The notes under the pieces were generated by a model, which saw only the letters and a program-made list of their open reading frames with translations, ran no database searches and was not told where the DNA came from. Of a stretch of DNA of 64,000 bases, positions 1-12,451 are shown piece by piece (positions within the stretch are counted from its first letter, which is position 1; the number at the start of each line of letters is the position of its first letter). This DNA comes from the human T2T-CHM13v2.0 reference genome, Homo sapiens: the NCBI RefSeq assembly GCF_009914755.1, contig NC_060948.1; one strand, given 5' to 3'. The position numbers were made by a program, and so were the translations under genes.

Positions 1-695
1 TTGACATTTGGGACCTAATTAATCTAAAGAACTTCTCCACAGCAAAAGAAAATATCATCAGGGTGAACAGGTGACATACAGAATGTGAGAAAATTTTTTC
101 AACCTATCTATCTGACAAAGGTCTAATATCCAAAATCTGCAAGTAACATAAAAACATTTACAAGAAAATGAAATACCCCATCAAAAAGTGGGCAAAGGAT
201 ATGAACAGACACTTCTCAAAAGGAGACATTAGATCAGCCAAAAAACATATGTAAAAAAAGATCAGCATCACTGGTCATTAGAGAAATGCACATCAAAACC
301 ACAATGAGATATCGTCTCACATGGTATCTGCGTGTCAGAATGGTGACCGTTAAAAAGTCAGGAAACAACAGATGCTGGCAATGATGTGGAGAAATAGGAA
401 TGCTCTATACTGCCGGTGGGAGTGTAAATTAGTTCAATCATTGTGGAAGAAAGTATGGTGATTCCCCAAGGATCTATAACCAGAAACACCATTTACCAGG
501 AATCACATTATGTGGTATATACCCAGAGGATTATAAATCATTCTACTATAAGGAAACATCACATGTACATTTATTACAGCACTATTCACATACAAAAAAG
601 ACATGGAACAAACCCAAATTCCCATCAATGATAGAGTGGATAAGAAAATATGGCACATATACACCATGGAATACTATGCAGCCTTTAAAAAGAAG
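1..695 (+). mobile_element. LINE-1 fragment (3' end of ORF2, L1P-like), degenerate
   Basis: Typical L1 ORF2 3' motifs: 'gggacctaattaatctaaagaacttc', 'aagtgggcaaaggatatgaacagacacttctc', 'gtaaattagttcaatcattgtggaaga', 'acaccatggaatactatgcagcc'. Confidence 0.9.
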
Positions 696-704
696 AAGTT
701 GTAA

Positions 705-1025
705 TACACATACACATGCACGTGACCTTGTGATAGAATGACTTATTTTTTTGGGGGGTGCTATATACACAGTTATGAAATTGCTGGGTCCAAAGGTATT
801 TCTCACTCTAGATACTTGATGAAACGCCACACATTTTTCCACATTGTCTATACTGATTTATATTTTGAACAACAATGTAAAAACAATTTTATTACTGCAC
901 TACTTCACTACCATTTGTTATTTCATGGGTTTTTAGTAATCACCATTTCCACTGGCCTAAGACGGTATCTCCTTGCCATTTAGATTTCTTTTTCCTTCAC
1001 CATTAGTGATGTTGAGCTTTTTGAC
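705..1025 (-). mobile_element. LINE-1 fragment (ORF2 3' end), antisense, more diverged
   Basis: Antisense L1 motifs 'gaaattgctgggtc..ggtatttc', 'gaaacgccacacatttttccacattg', 'attagtgatgttgagctttt'. Confidence 0.8.
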
Positions 1026-1034
1026 ATGAAGACA

Positions 1035-1121
1035 GAAGACCAGTAACTCTTTTCTTACCCCAGTTTGGCCTTTTTATATCAGCTCTTCAACACCCATTTC
1101 ACCTATTTTTTAAACACTATC
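1035..1121 (-). pseudogene. USP9YP: Decayed USP9Y/USP9X-like exon fragment (unprocessed pseudogene remnant)
   Basis: The minus strand reads 'ttttccttttgcag|GATAGTGTTTAAAAAATAGGTGAAATGGGT...', translating as DSV*KIGEMGVEELI*KGQTGVRKELLVF. This matches recalled USP9Y [29 protein letters not shown]. The splice acceptor is intact, there are two in-frame stops, and the 3' part ends at the L1. Confidence 0.75.
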
Positions 1122-1637
1122 CTGCAAAAGGAAAAGTATTATGTGTTTAACTTATATGATAAAGATAGTCATCAAATTCATTTCCACAAGACAGAAACAT
1201 ATTTGGGTATTGCTTCCATGGAAAAAGGAGTTTACAATTGCACTTAATGTAAGAGGCCAGAAATTCTGCTCATCAACATACAATGCACAAGGAAAGCTCC
1301 TCACAAAAAGAAATTATATGAGTACAAAATGTCAAAATCCAGGGATCAGAAATTCTGCTCCATTAGTAAGCTTCGTAATCTATTGGGAAAATATTAACCT
1401 TAAGCCCAATGCCATGAATTAGAGAAGTACATTCTCACAGAATATATGTCTGTGTAAGCAAGTGGGATAGGGTGGTACAATGTAAATACCAACTTTTCAA
1501 CTTTAAGTTCTAAAAGATTTTGAAACAAAATAATTTTCAAATAAGGTTTAAAAATTCCAAATGTGGGAGACTGAATTTTAAGTATTTCAAGATCCAATAG
1601 AAGTAACACATTTAAACACAACTAGCTATGCTCCTTT

Positions 1638-2960
1638 TTTCATGGGATTTTGGGAGAGTCACCTTGACAGTTGAAAACCTCTGTGGCCAGTGGTGCTTTT
1701 GCCTGAGTTCTGCTCAGGCCTGCTAAGCTTGCTCTACCCACTCTGCCTGACAGGCGGCACTCAGCTTGCATTATGGGTCAGGATTTCATACCTGCCAAGG
1801 GCAAACATGAGGTAGAGTGGCAAGTGGTGTATGAGCAAGTGTGGGGTCTAGCCGCTATACACAGCCAGGCCTGCCGGCAGTGGCAAAGCAGGAAATTTTA
1901 GGTGCCAACAGAAGTGCCATCTCACTGAGACACAGCAGCTGGACCAGGCATACTGCAAGCAGCTTCCACAGCTGATACTGGGGAATGTAGTGGTGCCCAG
2001 AAGTTTCGGGATGCCAAAAACAGCAAAGCCCTAAAGAGGGTGTCATAGCCCTGTCTTCGAGAGACCCTAGGTCTGTGCACCCTGAAGGGCCACAGCTGTC
2101 CTCTTATTTTTGTCTTTCAGAATGTGATGATCAAGAGACATCTTTTTATCCCAATTTTTGTTACAGTTCTTTCAGCTCCACCATTCAGTGATTCTCAAAT
2201 AGTTGTTCTGCAACCAGGAAGAATGAGGTAGACGGACACGTAGAGAGTGAGAAATGTATAGATAAGATTTACTCAGGAACAGAACTCAAAACAGATCCCC
2301 ATTGGGTAACTCCTCTCCACAGGCTGGATGTTCTGATGAGTGTCCAGCTCTCAGCAAAGAGATGGCTTTAGAGCGGGCAGCTCTTTCCACAGGCAAGGTG
2401 TCAAGGATTAGTATCCAGCTCTCAGCAGGAAAGAAACCCTGGACTTGGTAGCTTCTCCATCCAGCTGATCATCTTATGAGGTGTTAAGTTCTCCACAGAG
2501 AGAAGATCTTGGAGTGGGTAGGTCCTCTTCACACCTTGTGGTCCTAACATTGGCTAAGCCTTCAGTCAAGAGAAGACCTTCAAGTGGGTATCTCCCTTCT
2601 CTAGCTGATCATCCCATTATCTCCCCAGCAGAGACTGTGGCAGGTAGCTCTAGCCCACCACTGACAGTCCTGAAGTCTCCTCAGCTCACAGCAAAGAGAT
2701 GGCCCTTGAGTGGGTAGCGCCTCTCCACAGTAGGTAGTCTGAAAAGTCCTCAAATCTTGTTGAGTCCAGGAATATTATGTGCTTCAAAGGAAACAAAGTG
2801 CTTGCTGATTGGATTATTTGGCAAAAATGCGTGCATTTCAAAAAGCACCATTGGTTCCCATTCTTGTCCATCAGCCTGAGATCCAGACTTCAGGCCATCA
2901 CTGGCTTGAAGGTGGAGATTCAGTGGGACCTCTTTGGGAGCCAGCAAGTTTATTGCCATG
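1638..2960 (-). mobile_element. MER52-like LTR (ERV1), truncated by the HERV-L insertion
   Basis: 'gaaaacctctgtggccagtggtgcttttgcctgag', 'gccctaaagagggtgtcatagccctg' and internal repeated units 'cagctctcagca...gagtgggtagc.cctctccacag' (2290-2740) match the recalled MER52 consensus. Confidence 0.75.
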
Positions 2961-2964
2961 AACC

Positions 2965-3381
2965 TGTGATGGCTAATACTGAATGTCAACTTAACTGGAT
3001 TGAGATATACAGAGTATTAGTTTGGCATGAGTCTGTGTGAGTGTTGCCTAAAAGAGATTAACACTTGGGTCAGTGGGCTGGAGAAGGCAGAACAGCCCTT
3101 AATCTGGTGGGCACAATTCATTAACTTCCAATGAATATAAAACAGGCAGAAGAACGTGAATAGATGAGACGGGCTTAGCCTCGCAGCCTACATCTTTGCC
3201 CTGTGCTGCATGCTCTCTCCTCTCACATGTTGGACTCCAAGTTGTTCAGTTTTGGGACTCAGACTGGCTCCTGTTGCTCCTCAGCTTGGCGACAGGCTAT
3301 TATGTGACACTGCAATGGTGTAAGTTAGTATTTAATAAACTCTTCTAAAGTACTGTCCCTTAGAGAATCCTGAGTAATACA
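2965..3381 (+). mobile_element. MLT2A 5' LTR of HERV-L
   Basis: Begins 'tgtgatggctaatactgaatgtcaact', ends 'agagaatcctgagtaataca', and is followed by the HERV-L internal start 'gattttggtaccagaagtgg'. Confidence 0.9.
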
Positions 3382-4278
3382 GATTTTGGTACCAGAAGTG
3401 GTTCTAGGAAAACAGAATATTGAAAAGGAAGTTCTTTCATTGGTTTTGGAGTTTCTGGTGTTGCCTGCTATATATAATTTGATGTGAAAATGCTAAGGAT
3501 TCTACTTCTAATTATATGGAGAACACTGATAATCCTTGGTGGAAACCGTTCATAGAGTTATGCAAAGTAAATGCATTTGACACTTCTGATTCACCAATTG
3601 TGAGAGGCAATGAGTTTTGTTTACTCTCTGCATAATAATTTTGACATATATGGAGAACCAAGGATCACAATGAAGCAGGTTGGTAGCTCTTAAGTTCAGT
3701 GGACACAATGATCAGAGGTAATGATGCACTCAGAAATTCTGTCTCCCAGCTTCAGAAGCCCCAAATCTGTTAATTTTGTCCTGAGTGAGAGTCTTATCAC
3801 CTGTAGAGAAAGAGCCAAAATTACAGGCTTTTATCATGTAAGTGACTGACCTTCAATGAAAGTTGCATGCACATTCTCAAAAGGTGTCTACTGTTAGAGT
3901 GAGGCATTGATTGAGTAGAATGGGACCCTGCAACTCTGAAAGGATGAGTCAGAGGACCCTGATGAAGCAGGGGATACTGAGTGTGTAAACTCTGATGAAG
4001 CTTTTTGCCAAAAGAAAAGCTTTCTCATTTCCAGAAGGGGCAATGTCATCTTTCTGATCCGTGCTGATATCAGTCTTTCCAACTCAGTCTGAGGTAAACA
4101 AACCCTGCACTGGTTGATGCAACAGTTATGGCCTTCCCTAGGACAGTTGCCAGGAAAGATAATGTTGATTCTTCTCAGAAGCCATCCCGAACACCTCTGT
4201 TTTTTTCTAAACCGGGCTAGAATGCTGTGGTGGGCTCCTAGAGGTGAGGTAGAGAGTGTGACACATCAGGTAGTGTGC

Positions 4279-4313
<35 letters not shown>

Positions 4314-6809
4314 ATACACAAATAAACTGTTCAAGTTATCTCATTTATATGAACATCAATCTGGAGAACAGGCATGGGGATGGATATTAATTGTATGAGA
4401 TTATGGTGTAAGGAACATAGAGTTGTATCAGGCTGAATTTACTGATTAGGACCATCAAGGTAGTGACTTTGTGTTTAATATGGCAGCTTGGCGAGTTAAA
4501 AAGAAAAAAAAACTTCCAATAGTTTACACACTTAGTTAGCTGAAATGTGGATTAAAAGATGACCTGCTGTGAGTTAGCTGGAAATGCCTGGCCTACACTG
4601 GTTTAATGGAGAGGAGAAGATCCAAAAGCTTTGGAAGATTGGGATGGTGAAGTAGACTCATCCTTTCGACTTACTCATCCAGACTGGTAGGGTCCAGAAC
4701 ACATATCCTTGACCAATGCCTTGTGAAATAGATTGGGTGGTCAGCACCTGCATTTTTGAATAGCCCTGTAATTGCTCTTCTCTTTTGTCAGATCTAATGG
4801 TGGAAACCACAATCACTCAACTACAAAATTTAAATACAATGAGAAAAATTGGATCCTGATGTGACAGGGGCCAAGCAGCAGCACTCAACCATCAAAGGCA
4901 ATGTGGGCACAGCTAAGGGATAGTGGCAGTCAGAATAATGTGAATCCTGTAGAGCTCTATCATTGGTTAATTAATCATGGTGTTCATGGAACTGATATTG
5001 ATGGAAAACTACTGCGTTCATACTTAGGTTACACCTACAAAAATCTTTTGGCCAAAAGGACAAAAGACTATTTTGAATGATGAAAACAGAGAAGTACAGT
5101 CTCTCCATGAATTTCCAGATGAGAGCCAGTTTAAAGACCTAGAACCCATTGAATGAAGGGGAAGCTGGGTTCCCTGGACCAAGAAACCCACTACATAAGT
5201 ATTTATGCAGTGAATTTTTACACCATCTTTCCCCAAGGAGATTTTCAGGCTTTTATCAAGGTGACTGTGCATTAGGGAAAGGGAAATAATCAGACTTTTC
5301 AGAAACTACTGGACACTAGCTCTGTGCTGATGTGGGTTCCAAGGACCCAAAACATTATTATGGTCTTACAGTTGAAGTAGGAGCTCAGGGAGGTCAGGTA
5401 GTTAATAGAGCTTTAGCTTATTAGGTCAGATTTACACAGTGTTCAGTAAGTCCCCAGAGTCATTCCGTGGTCATTTTCCCAGTGCCAAAATGTACAACTG
5501 GCATAGACATACTTGGCACCTGGCAAAATCCCACATCTCTCTGACGTGTAGGGTGAGGGCTACTCCAATACGAAAGGTCAAATGGAAGCCACCAGGGCTG
5601 TCCCTACTTAGAAAAATGGTAAATAAGAAAAAATACCAAAACCCTGAGAAGATTGCGAAGATGGGTGCCATCATAAGATATTTCAAAGTTGCTGGGGTGA
5701 TAATTACCAGCACATCCTCATTCAACTTTCTTATTTGGCCTGTGCAGAAGACAGGTGGATCTTGGAGAATTACATTGGAGTATCATAACTTAACCGAGTT
5801 GTCAGTCAACTTGCAGCTGATGTACTAGATGTGGTTTATTGTTTGAGCAAATTAATACATCTCCTGGTATGTGGTATGCAGCCATTCACTTAGCAAATGC
5901 CCTTTTCTTTATTCCTGTCTATATGGACCACCAGAGGCAATTTGCCTTCAACTGGCAAGTCCACCAATTCACATTCATTATCCTCCCTCAGGAATATACT
6001 AATTCTCTGGCTTCCTGTCATAATCTTATTCAGAGATCTTGATTTCTTTTCACTTATGTAAGATGGAATATTGGTCCATCACATTGATGATATTAGGCTG
6101 ATTTAATGGGTGAGCAAGAAGTAGCAAGCACACTTGAATTATTGGTGAGACATTTATGTACCAGAGGATAGAAAATTAATCTCACCAAAATTCAGAGAAC
6201 TTCTACTTCCATAATATTCATAGGGGTCCAGTATTGTGAAGCCTGTCAAAATATCTTTTGTAGGGTAAAGAACAAGTTTTTGTATGACCCTCTTATATCC
6301 AAGAAAGAGGCACAATACCAGCTAAACCTATTTGGATTTTTGAGACAACATATTTTTCATTTGAATATGTCACCCAGGCCCATTATTGAGTGACCTGAAG
6401 GGCTGCCAGCTTTCAGGGGCATCCAGAATAGGAAAAGACTTTGCAGCTACTGTAGGCTGCAGTGCAAACCCCTCTACCACTTGGGCCATATGTATTTTAA
6501 GTATTTATCTTAAGTATTTCCTCCTTCTTTTGTTAAAAAAAGTTTGTGCAGATAAACGCATGTACTAAGAAATTATCTTCCTTTTTTATTTTCCTTTATC
6601 ATATTACATAAGATTTACTGAGTTCTTATCAACATTGGCGTATTGTAAACTTTATGAAATATGGTTTGATTTGGGGATTGCTGCATTCCTGGTTGTAAGA
6701 GGATAATTGTATTATGTTAGGTATGATTATGACCTCATTTTTGTCTGCATTTGAAGATTATGTATTATAGCAGGAGATGTGTATTGATTCAAGTTGACAA
6801 GGGGTGGAC
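3382..6809 (+). mobile_element. HERV-L internal region: degenerate gag, protease and RT; RNaseH/integrase/dUTPase part deleted
   Basis: Protease-like LLDTSS near 5305. RT pieces SFNFLIWPVQKTGGSWRIT (ORF 5439-5828) and WYAAIHLANALFFIP..FAF..LPQEY (ORF 5839-6042), with HHIDD near 6078. The sequence jumps at ~6490 to the 3' UTR and ends at the PPT 'aagttgacaaggggtggac'. Confidence 0.88.
4278..4320. repeat. (CA)n microsatellite inside HERV-L gag
   Basis: Direct 'cacacacaca...' run. Confidence 0.9.
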
Positions 6810-7160
6810 TTTGATGGTTAATACTGAGTATCTAATTCATTGGATTGAGTGATATAGAGTATTAATCCTGGGGGTGTTTCTTGGGTGTTTCCCAAAAAAA
6901 GATTAACATTTGAGTCAATGGGAAGATCTATATTAATCTGTTGGGCACAATCTAATAAGCTTCTAGCAAATATCAAGCAGACAGAAACACATCCAAAAGT
7001 AAGATGGGCATAGCTTCCAAAGCTTGTATCTGTCTCTCATGCTGGATACTTCTTGCTCTTGGACACCGGACTCCAAGTTCTTCAGTTTTGGGACTCCAAC
7101 TTACTCTCCTTGTTCCACAGCTTGCAGGCAGCCTATTGTGATCATGTACGTAATTACATA
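6810..7160 (+). mobile_element. MLT2A 3' LTR of HERV-L, ending in a (TA/CA)n tract
   Basis: 'ttgatggttaatactgagta...ggactccaagttcttcagttttgggactc' is homologous to 2965-3381; a microsatellite follows at 7160-7230. Confidence 0.85.
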
Positions 7161-10100
7161 TTTTTATATACATATGTACACACACATACACACACACATA
7201 CATATATATGTGTATATATATAAATATATAAAGGGATGCCAAATTAAATAGTTTGTAAGTATTCTCAAAAAGCATTATTTGAATAAATACTGTAACTGTA
7301 AACCTTCTTTTATTAAGTCAGCTTATTTGATGGTGATATCATAAACTAATACCATACAAAAAATCTTGACATATATATATATATGTGTGAGTGTGTGTTT
7401 CTGTGGCCCATACAGATCTCTGTAAAACAAACAGTTTTAAAGTATTTATTTTTCTATTTACTTACTGCCAAGGCTATAAAACCTACATCAGGTTAGTTAC
7501 TTAATAAATGGTTACAATTTAGTAAATACTCTATTTCTTTGAAAATAAAAGTGTATTATGTCTCCTTAGAAAATGACAATTTAAACTTTCACAAGGATTT
7601 AGTAAATACTGGCTCTATATTGTAAAATGTAGCCATTAAAATCAGGTTTAAATTTAAATAATCTATAAAGCCTAACTACCTCAGTGAAAAAGCTTTCACA
7701 AGTAATGATAATAGTAATAATATGAAGCAGTGCCAGCACTTTGAAAAATCAGAAGGTCAATCACAGACTTCCATAAATATTCCTCTTTCACTACAAGATT
7801 GGCCTGAACAACTTGGTTTCTACAAATAATGCCAGCTTCTGTACACCACTTAATGTCTGCCAATGCCTTGACTTGAACTCTGCATTGTTCCAAGAATGTG
7901 TCTAAACAGCAGAGCTCTCTCTCAGCATATTAAGTAAAAAAACAAAACAACAACAAAAAAAACTTGCCTTTTCATTTTAGGTATTGAATGGCATTGTATT
8001 AATCTTGGAAAAAATGCAAGCCCTATATGGGTAGGAGTTCTGCCTTGTAGACTAGGCTCTAGCATCGATAACAGAGCTTACAGGTTAGGCGCTAAGTGGG
8101 AACAAAGTATGCTCTGTAAGTGTGGATAACTAACATGTTGTTACTTGCTAAAGTCCTGAAACAAATTTTTTATTCAAACTAAAAGGATTTTACGTCGTCG
8201 AAATTCAACTGCTTTTGGATTTATCTTAACATTTTCAAATATTGTTCCCTATTACATCAATTTCTTCATTCATTGATCTTTATTTTCTCTTATTGTCTAA
8301 TATGTATTTTTGTGAATGCATTTTTATTACGTTGGAATAAGGCAGAGCACAAATAATTCTGATCAAAGATGCCCACTATGAAAAGTTCTATCAAATAATT
8401 TTTTAAGAGGTGAATATATTTGAGCATTAGTTTTACTCAACAACTTTAGCAAAAGTGAAAATCCTCTAAACCCAGCTATAGTCCTTGAAAACTTGGTTTT
8501 CATTTAGCTTGCTTATTGTAATATCCTAGGAACTTTCATGTCATAACACATACTGAAAGCACAATGTGTATCCATAAACAATGCACATGTGTGCATATGT
8601 ATTATTTATGACTTTTCAACTGCAGCCAAGATTAGCTCTATCCCAAATGCCAGGGATTGAGTTTTCTCCCTTGGTACCTCCAAAGTTGAGGCTGACTAGG
8701 GCTTTATTTTTTTGATATTAATGTTTTACAAAAGATTGAAAAACTAATAGGAAGGAAAAGCAGAAAAATAGAAAATATATGGCTTAGTTTCTAATCATTG
8801 ATTAACTGAACTGACCTTACTTTACTAATGCTTACCCTAAGTTGAATCAATTGAACTTTACATAGGCTTTTTCAAATCCTTCTGCTTTATGGAAAACAAA
8901 GTAGGAGTTAAGAAATCTTCAAAATACAATACCAAAGAATTCTAAATGTGTATTTTTAAAAATAATTTTCTCCAGAAATGGTTCAACACTGTTACTTTCT
9001 CAAAAGCACCTGAGACTCAAGATTTTAGGATATTTAGCAGCATTTCTAACCTCTCAGCAATAGATACTAGTAATGTACCAGCCTCAAAACTTCAACTTCC
9101 AATCATGAACCAGGCTTAGGATGAAATTTAAAGTAAAATCTACAAACGTATAAAAACCCTAGCCAATCACATGGACTGTTGGTTACTTCTATGAACTCAT
9201 CCACTGTAATTGTTTCCCTTATACTGTCTGTGGCAGCCACAGTTAGCTGGCTTTTTAAAAACAATTTAAACAGGCTTCCACCAGGGATCATCGTACTTGC
9301 TGACTTTGCTGCATGCTTACATAATTTTTTTTATTATTTTATTTAGATATTTACTTGAAAGTTACTTTTTAAGCCACTTAATTCATATTTGTTTTACATA
9401 AAACCAAAATGAAGTTTATAACAGAGAACCTTGCCTCATATATTTTATATGAAATTAATCATTTCAATTAATTTAAAAAACCAAAAACTGCATAACATAA
9501 AAACTAAAACAAAAGCCTAACATCTTGGATTCTAAATTGGAAGTGTAACATTCAATTTAAGTATTTTAAACAAGAGAGAAAACATAAAACTCTTAAATAA
9601 AAATAATCTCAGAAATTAGAAAACACTCAGTGCTTCATAGATAAAAATAAAAGCAAAACTGCAGGGTTGGTAGTTTCAAACTATTTCAAAAAAAAAAAAA
9701 TCAAAAACAGCCTGGACCTGAAAATCCATAGTTTATATCAACCAAGTAAACATTTAATCAAGAAAAACAATTATAAAAGGGTAAAGATTTTAGTTTTTTT
9801 TTCTCTTTGTGGATTGCCATATCACCTTCAAGTCATGGATGAAGCCTTCAGAATTGATAACCACATTGTCAAAGTGAGGACCTGATTCCTGCTTCTGGAA
9901 AAAGCAAAGAAACTCTTATGTGCTAAATTATTGTGTTGTTTTTTTCCAGGATTTCTAGAGGATAAATGAAATTTCATAAAATAATTCTGTATTTCTCTTT
10001 TGCCTAACTCAAAAGTCACTCTCTGTTGGAAATGACAGGAATAGGTCACAAATATTTAAGTTTTGGAGAATAAAAAATATAGTTATTTTATACAATAGGT

Positions 10101-10519
10101 AAACTATAAACAGGAAGAAACATTGGAGAGATTTGTATTTGCAAATATCTGAATATTCAGAAGAAGTTTAATACACTGAAGCACTTAGAAAATCATGCAT
10201 ATGCTCACTATGGAAACATCCTAAAAATTAACGTAAAACAATTTGCATTAACCCCCAAGTTTATCTACAGCTCAAAGTGAGAAGAAACTGAAGGTTAAGA
10301 CAGAATTAGCAAAAACCCCCATGAGGGTTACAAGAGAGTGTTAATACATACCCAGTATTTAAAAGTGATAGGTTTTATATTGCTCTTATTCATTTTAGTA
10401 ACGAATAAAACACTTTTCATTTCAGAAATAAAGAAAAGCATTCAGAGTTAGCATGTTATGACATTTCTAATACAGAGTTAGCATTCGGTGTTAGCACAGT
10501 ATAACATTTGAAATATAGT

Positions 10520-11850
10520 TTTCTGAAAAGCAAAAACACAAAAACCAAGAGAAAATTATGACCAATGTAAACTAAATGAAGGAATTAAATGTGTCCCAAA
10601 TTTTACAGACAAATAACTTAAAACAATTTTAAGTAAGGCTAAATAGAAATGACTGACAAATGATGAAAGAACAACATGAGCGCATCACTGAGACAAATTA
10701 TAAAAGAAACCACAAAAAGGGGAGATAATGACTGAAATAAAGTCGACCATAAAGGTATTTAAAAGCAGATTTGAGCAGGTAAATATTCAGTCAGTCTGAA
10801 GGAATAAAAACTGAAATAACCCACTTTGAGAAGTAAAATAAACAAAATTATGTGAAAAAAAACTAAAGAGTAAACAGAACACTGCGAGGTATACTGGTGC
10901 ATGCAATATGAGCATCTGATAAATGAAGAAAAACAGAGGCCAAAAAGTTTAAGGCAAAAATGGCTGTACATTTCCTGAACTTGAAAATCTGTGTCTAAAA
11001 TTTGAAAGAGAACAAAAATCTTTAACCACAATATAGTTAATGATAGCCACATCAGAAAACATTACAGGCCATCAAGAGCCAATGCACAGAAAAGAGTAAA
11101 AACAGAAGGGGAACAGCATCTTACTATGTGCAAGAAGGTCTTGATTAAAATTAACAGATGACAGTTCAACAGAAACCTCAGAAGTCAGAAGGTGGTGGGA
11201 TATACAAATTTTAGCAGAAAAAAAAAATGCTATCAAGCATGAAATATATAGCTGGTAAAATGACATTCAAGCAAAAATATCTAGATAAAGAAAAGCTAAA
11301 GGAAATTGTGACTAATGCTTCTCTAAAAGAAAATGATATTACTATTAAAACCCTGGCAAACATAACTATTAATGAACACTCAGTGTGCACAGATATAATC
11401 AGAGACAATAATATAAATTGAGAAGGATGGAAAACTACAAGAGCAGCATATTTTTATATTGTTGACCTTAAACATTAGATTATTCACACAAGTTAGTATT
11501 GTTCATAGTAGGTTATTTTAAGTTTTCAATAATAATTGAAGTCCCATATATACCTAATTGTAATATAAAAAATACAACAAAGTTTTTAAAAAATTAACCA
11601 AATTTTTTTAAATTAGCCAAAAAAATAAGGATCAAATAAGAGAAAGAACACATGGAAAACAAGAAAGTCAATGTCAGAGTATGTAATATTTTACTTGTAA
11701 CAACTTTAAATGTGAGCTCTTGCTTAAAAAGTCACACACTGGTGCCAGTGTACCCTTAAACAAAGGAGTCACTCGGTGACTGCTATGCAAGGCATACTTT
11801 AGGTGCAAAGACAAATAGGCCAAAGTAAAATGATAGTAGATTCTGGGAAA
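10520..11850 (+). mobile_element. Ancient L1M fragment (ORF1 to start of ORF2 endonuclease)
   Basis: A-rich sense strand. ORF1-like remnant KYIAGKMTFKQKYLDKEKLKEIVT (ORF 11227-11421) and 'taacaactttaaatgtga' resembling the ORF2 ITLNV start. Confidence 0.65.
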
Positions 11851-12391
11851 GTGTTGCAATGTACTACAGAGCACTCTACTTCCATCTCTTCAACTATACA
11901 ATAGGTGCAGTGGCAGGATTAATATGATGCAGTTACTGTAGAATTTGAGAGTCTACCTGAAGCTTACAGCTTCCAAAAAATTTTGTATAGTAAAAAAATT
12001 AAATTTTATCAATTTTATAGCACAGATCAGCAGCAGCTACTTATTTTTATTAATGAAGGGATGCTGCCTTGCAAATATTTCTGGAGCAGCTTACAAGAGC
12101 CATGGTAAACAAAAAGGACACTGTCCTCCAAATTGCAGGAGGACTCATTCACCAATTGCTGTTTCTGCTTATGGATGTCCCAACAGAGGTGAACAGCCAT
12201 TGTTTTATACCCCAAACATTATTCAGTCTCTTTGTCCCTCTGCACAACAAACTTTCAGAAGATTAAGAAGTCAGAACATGTTTTCCTAATTGTTCTTCTT
12301 TTTCTCTTAAGAGGTTAGACATTTGTGGACAAAAACATTCAAAACTAAACACACACACTCACACAAACACACACACATATATATGTATGTC

Positions 12392-12451
<60 letters not shown>

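Noticed and set aside
258-1025. Convergent L1 fragments covering the same L1 region (possible hairpin or twin-priming)
   Set aside because: The arms are highly diverged and overlap in L1 coordinates, which fits two independent L1 insertions.
2290-2740. Spaced direct repeats resembling a repeat-spacer array
   Set aside because: Internal tandem units of the MER52 LTR; degenerate, eukaryotic context, not CRISPR.
7696-7893. 65-aa minus-strand ORF with faint resemblance to USP9 'KE..W..IDLL'
   Set aside because: Similarity too weak and not supported at the DNA level from recall.
9103-9291. 62-aa minus-strand ORF in non-repeat DNA
   Set aside because: No recognisable homology or splice structure; the length is expected by chance.
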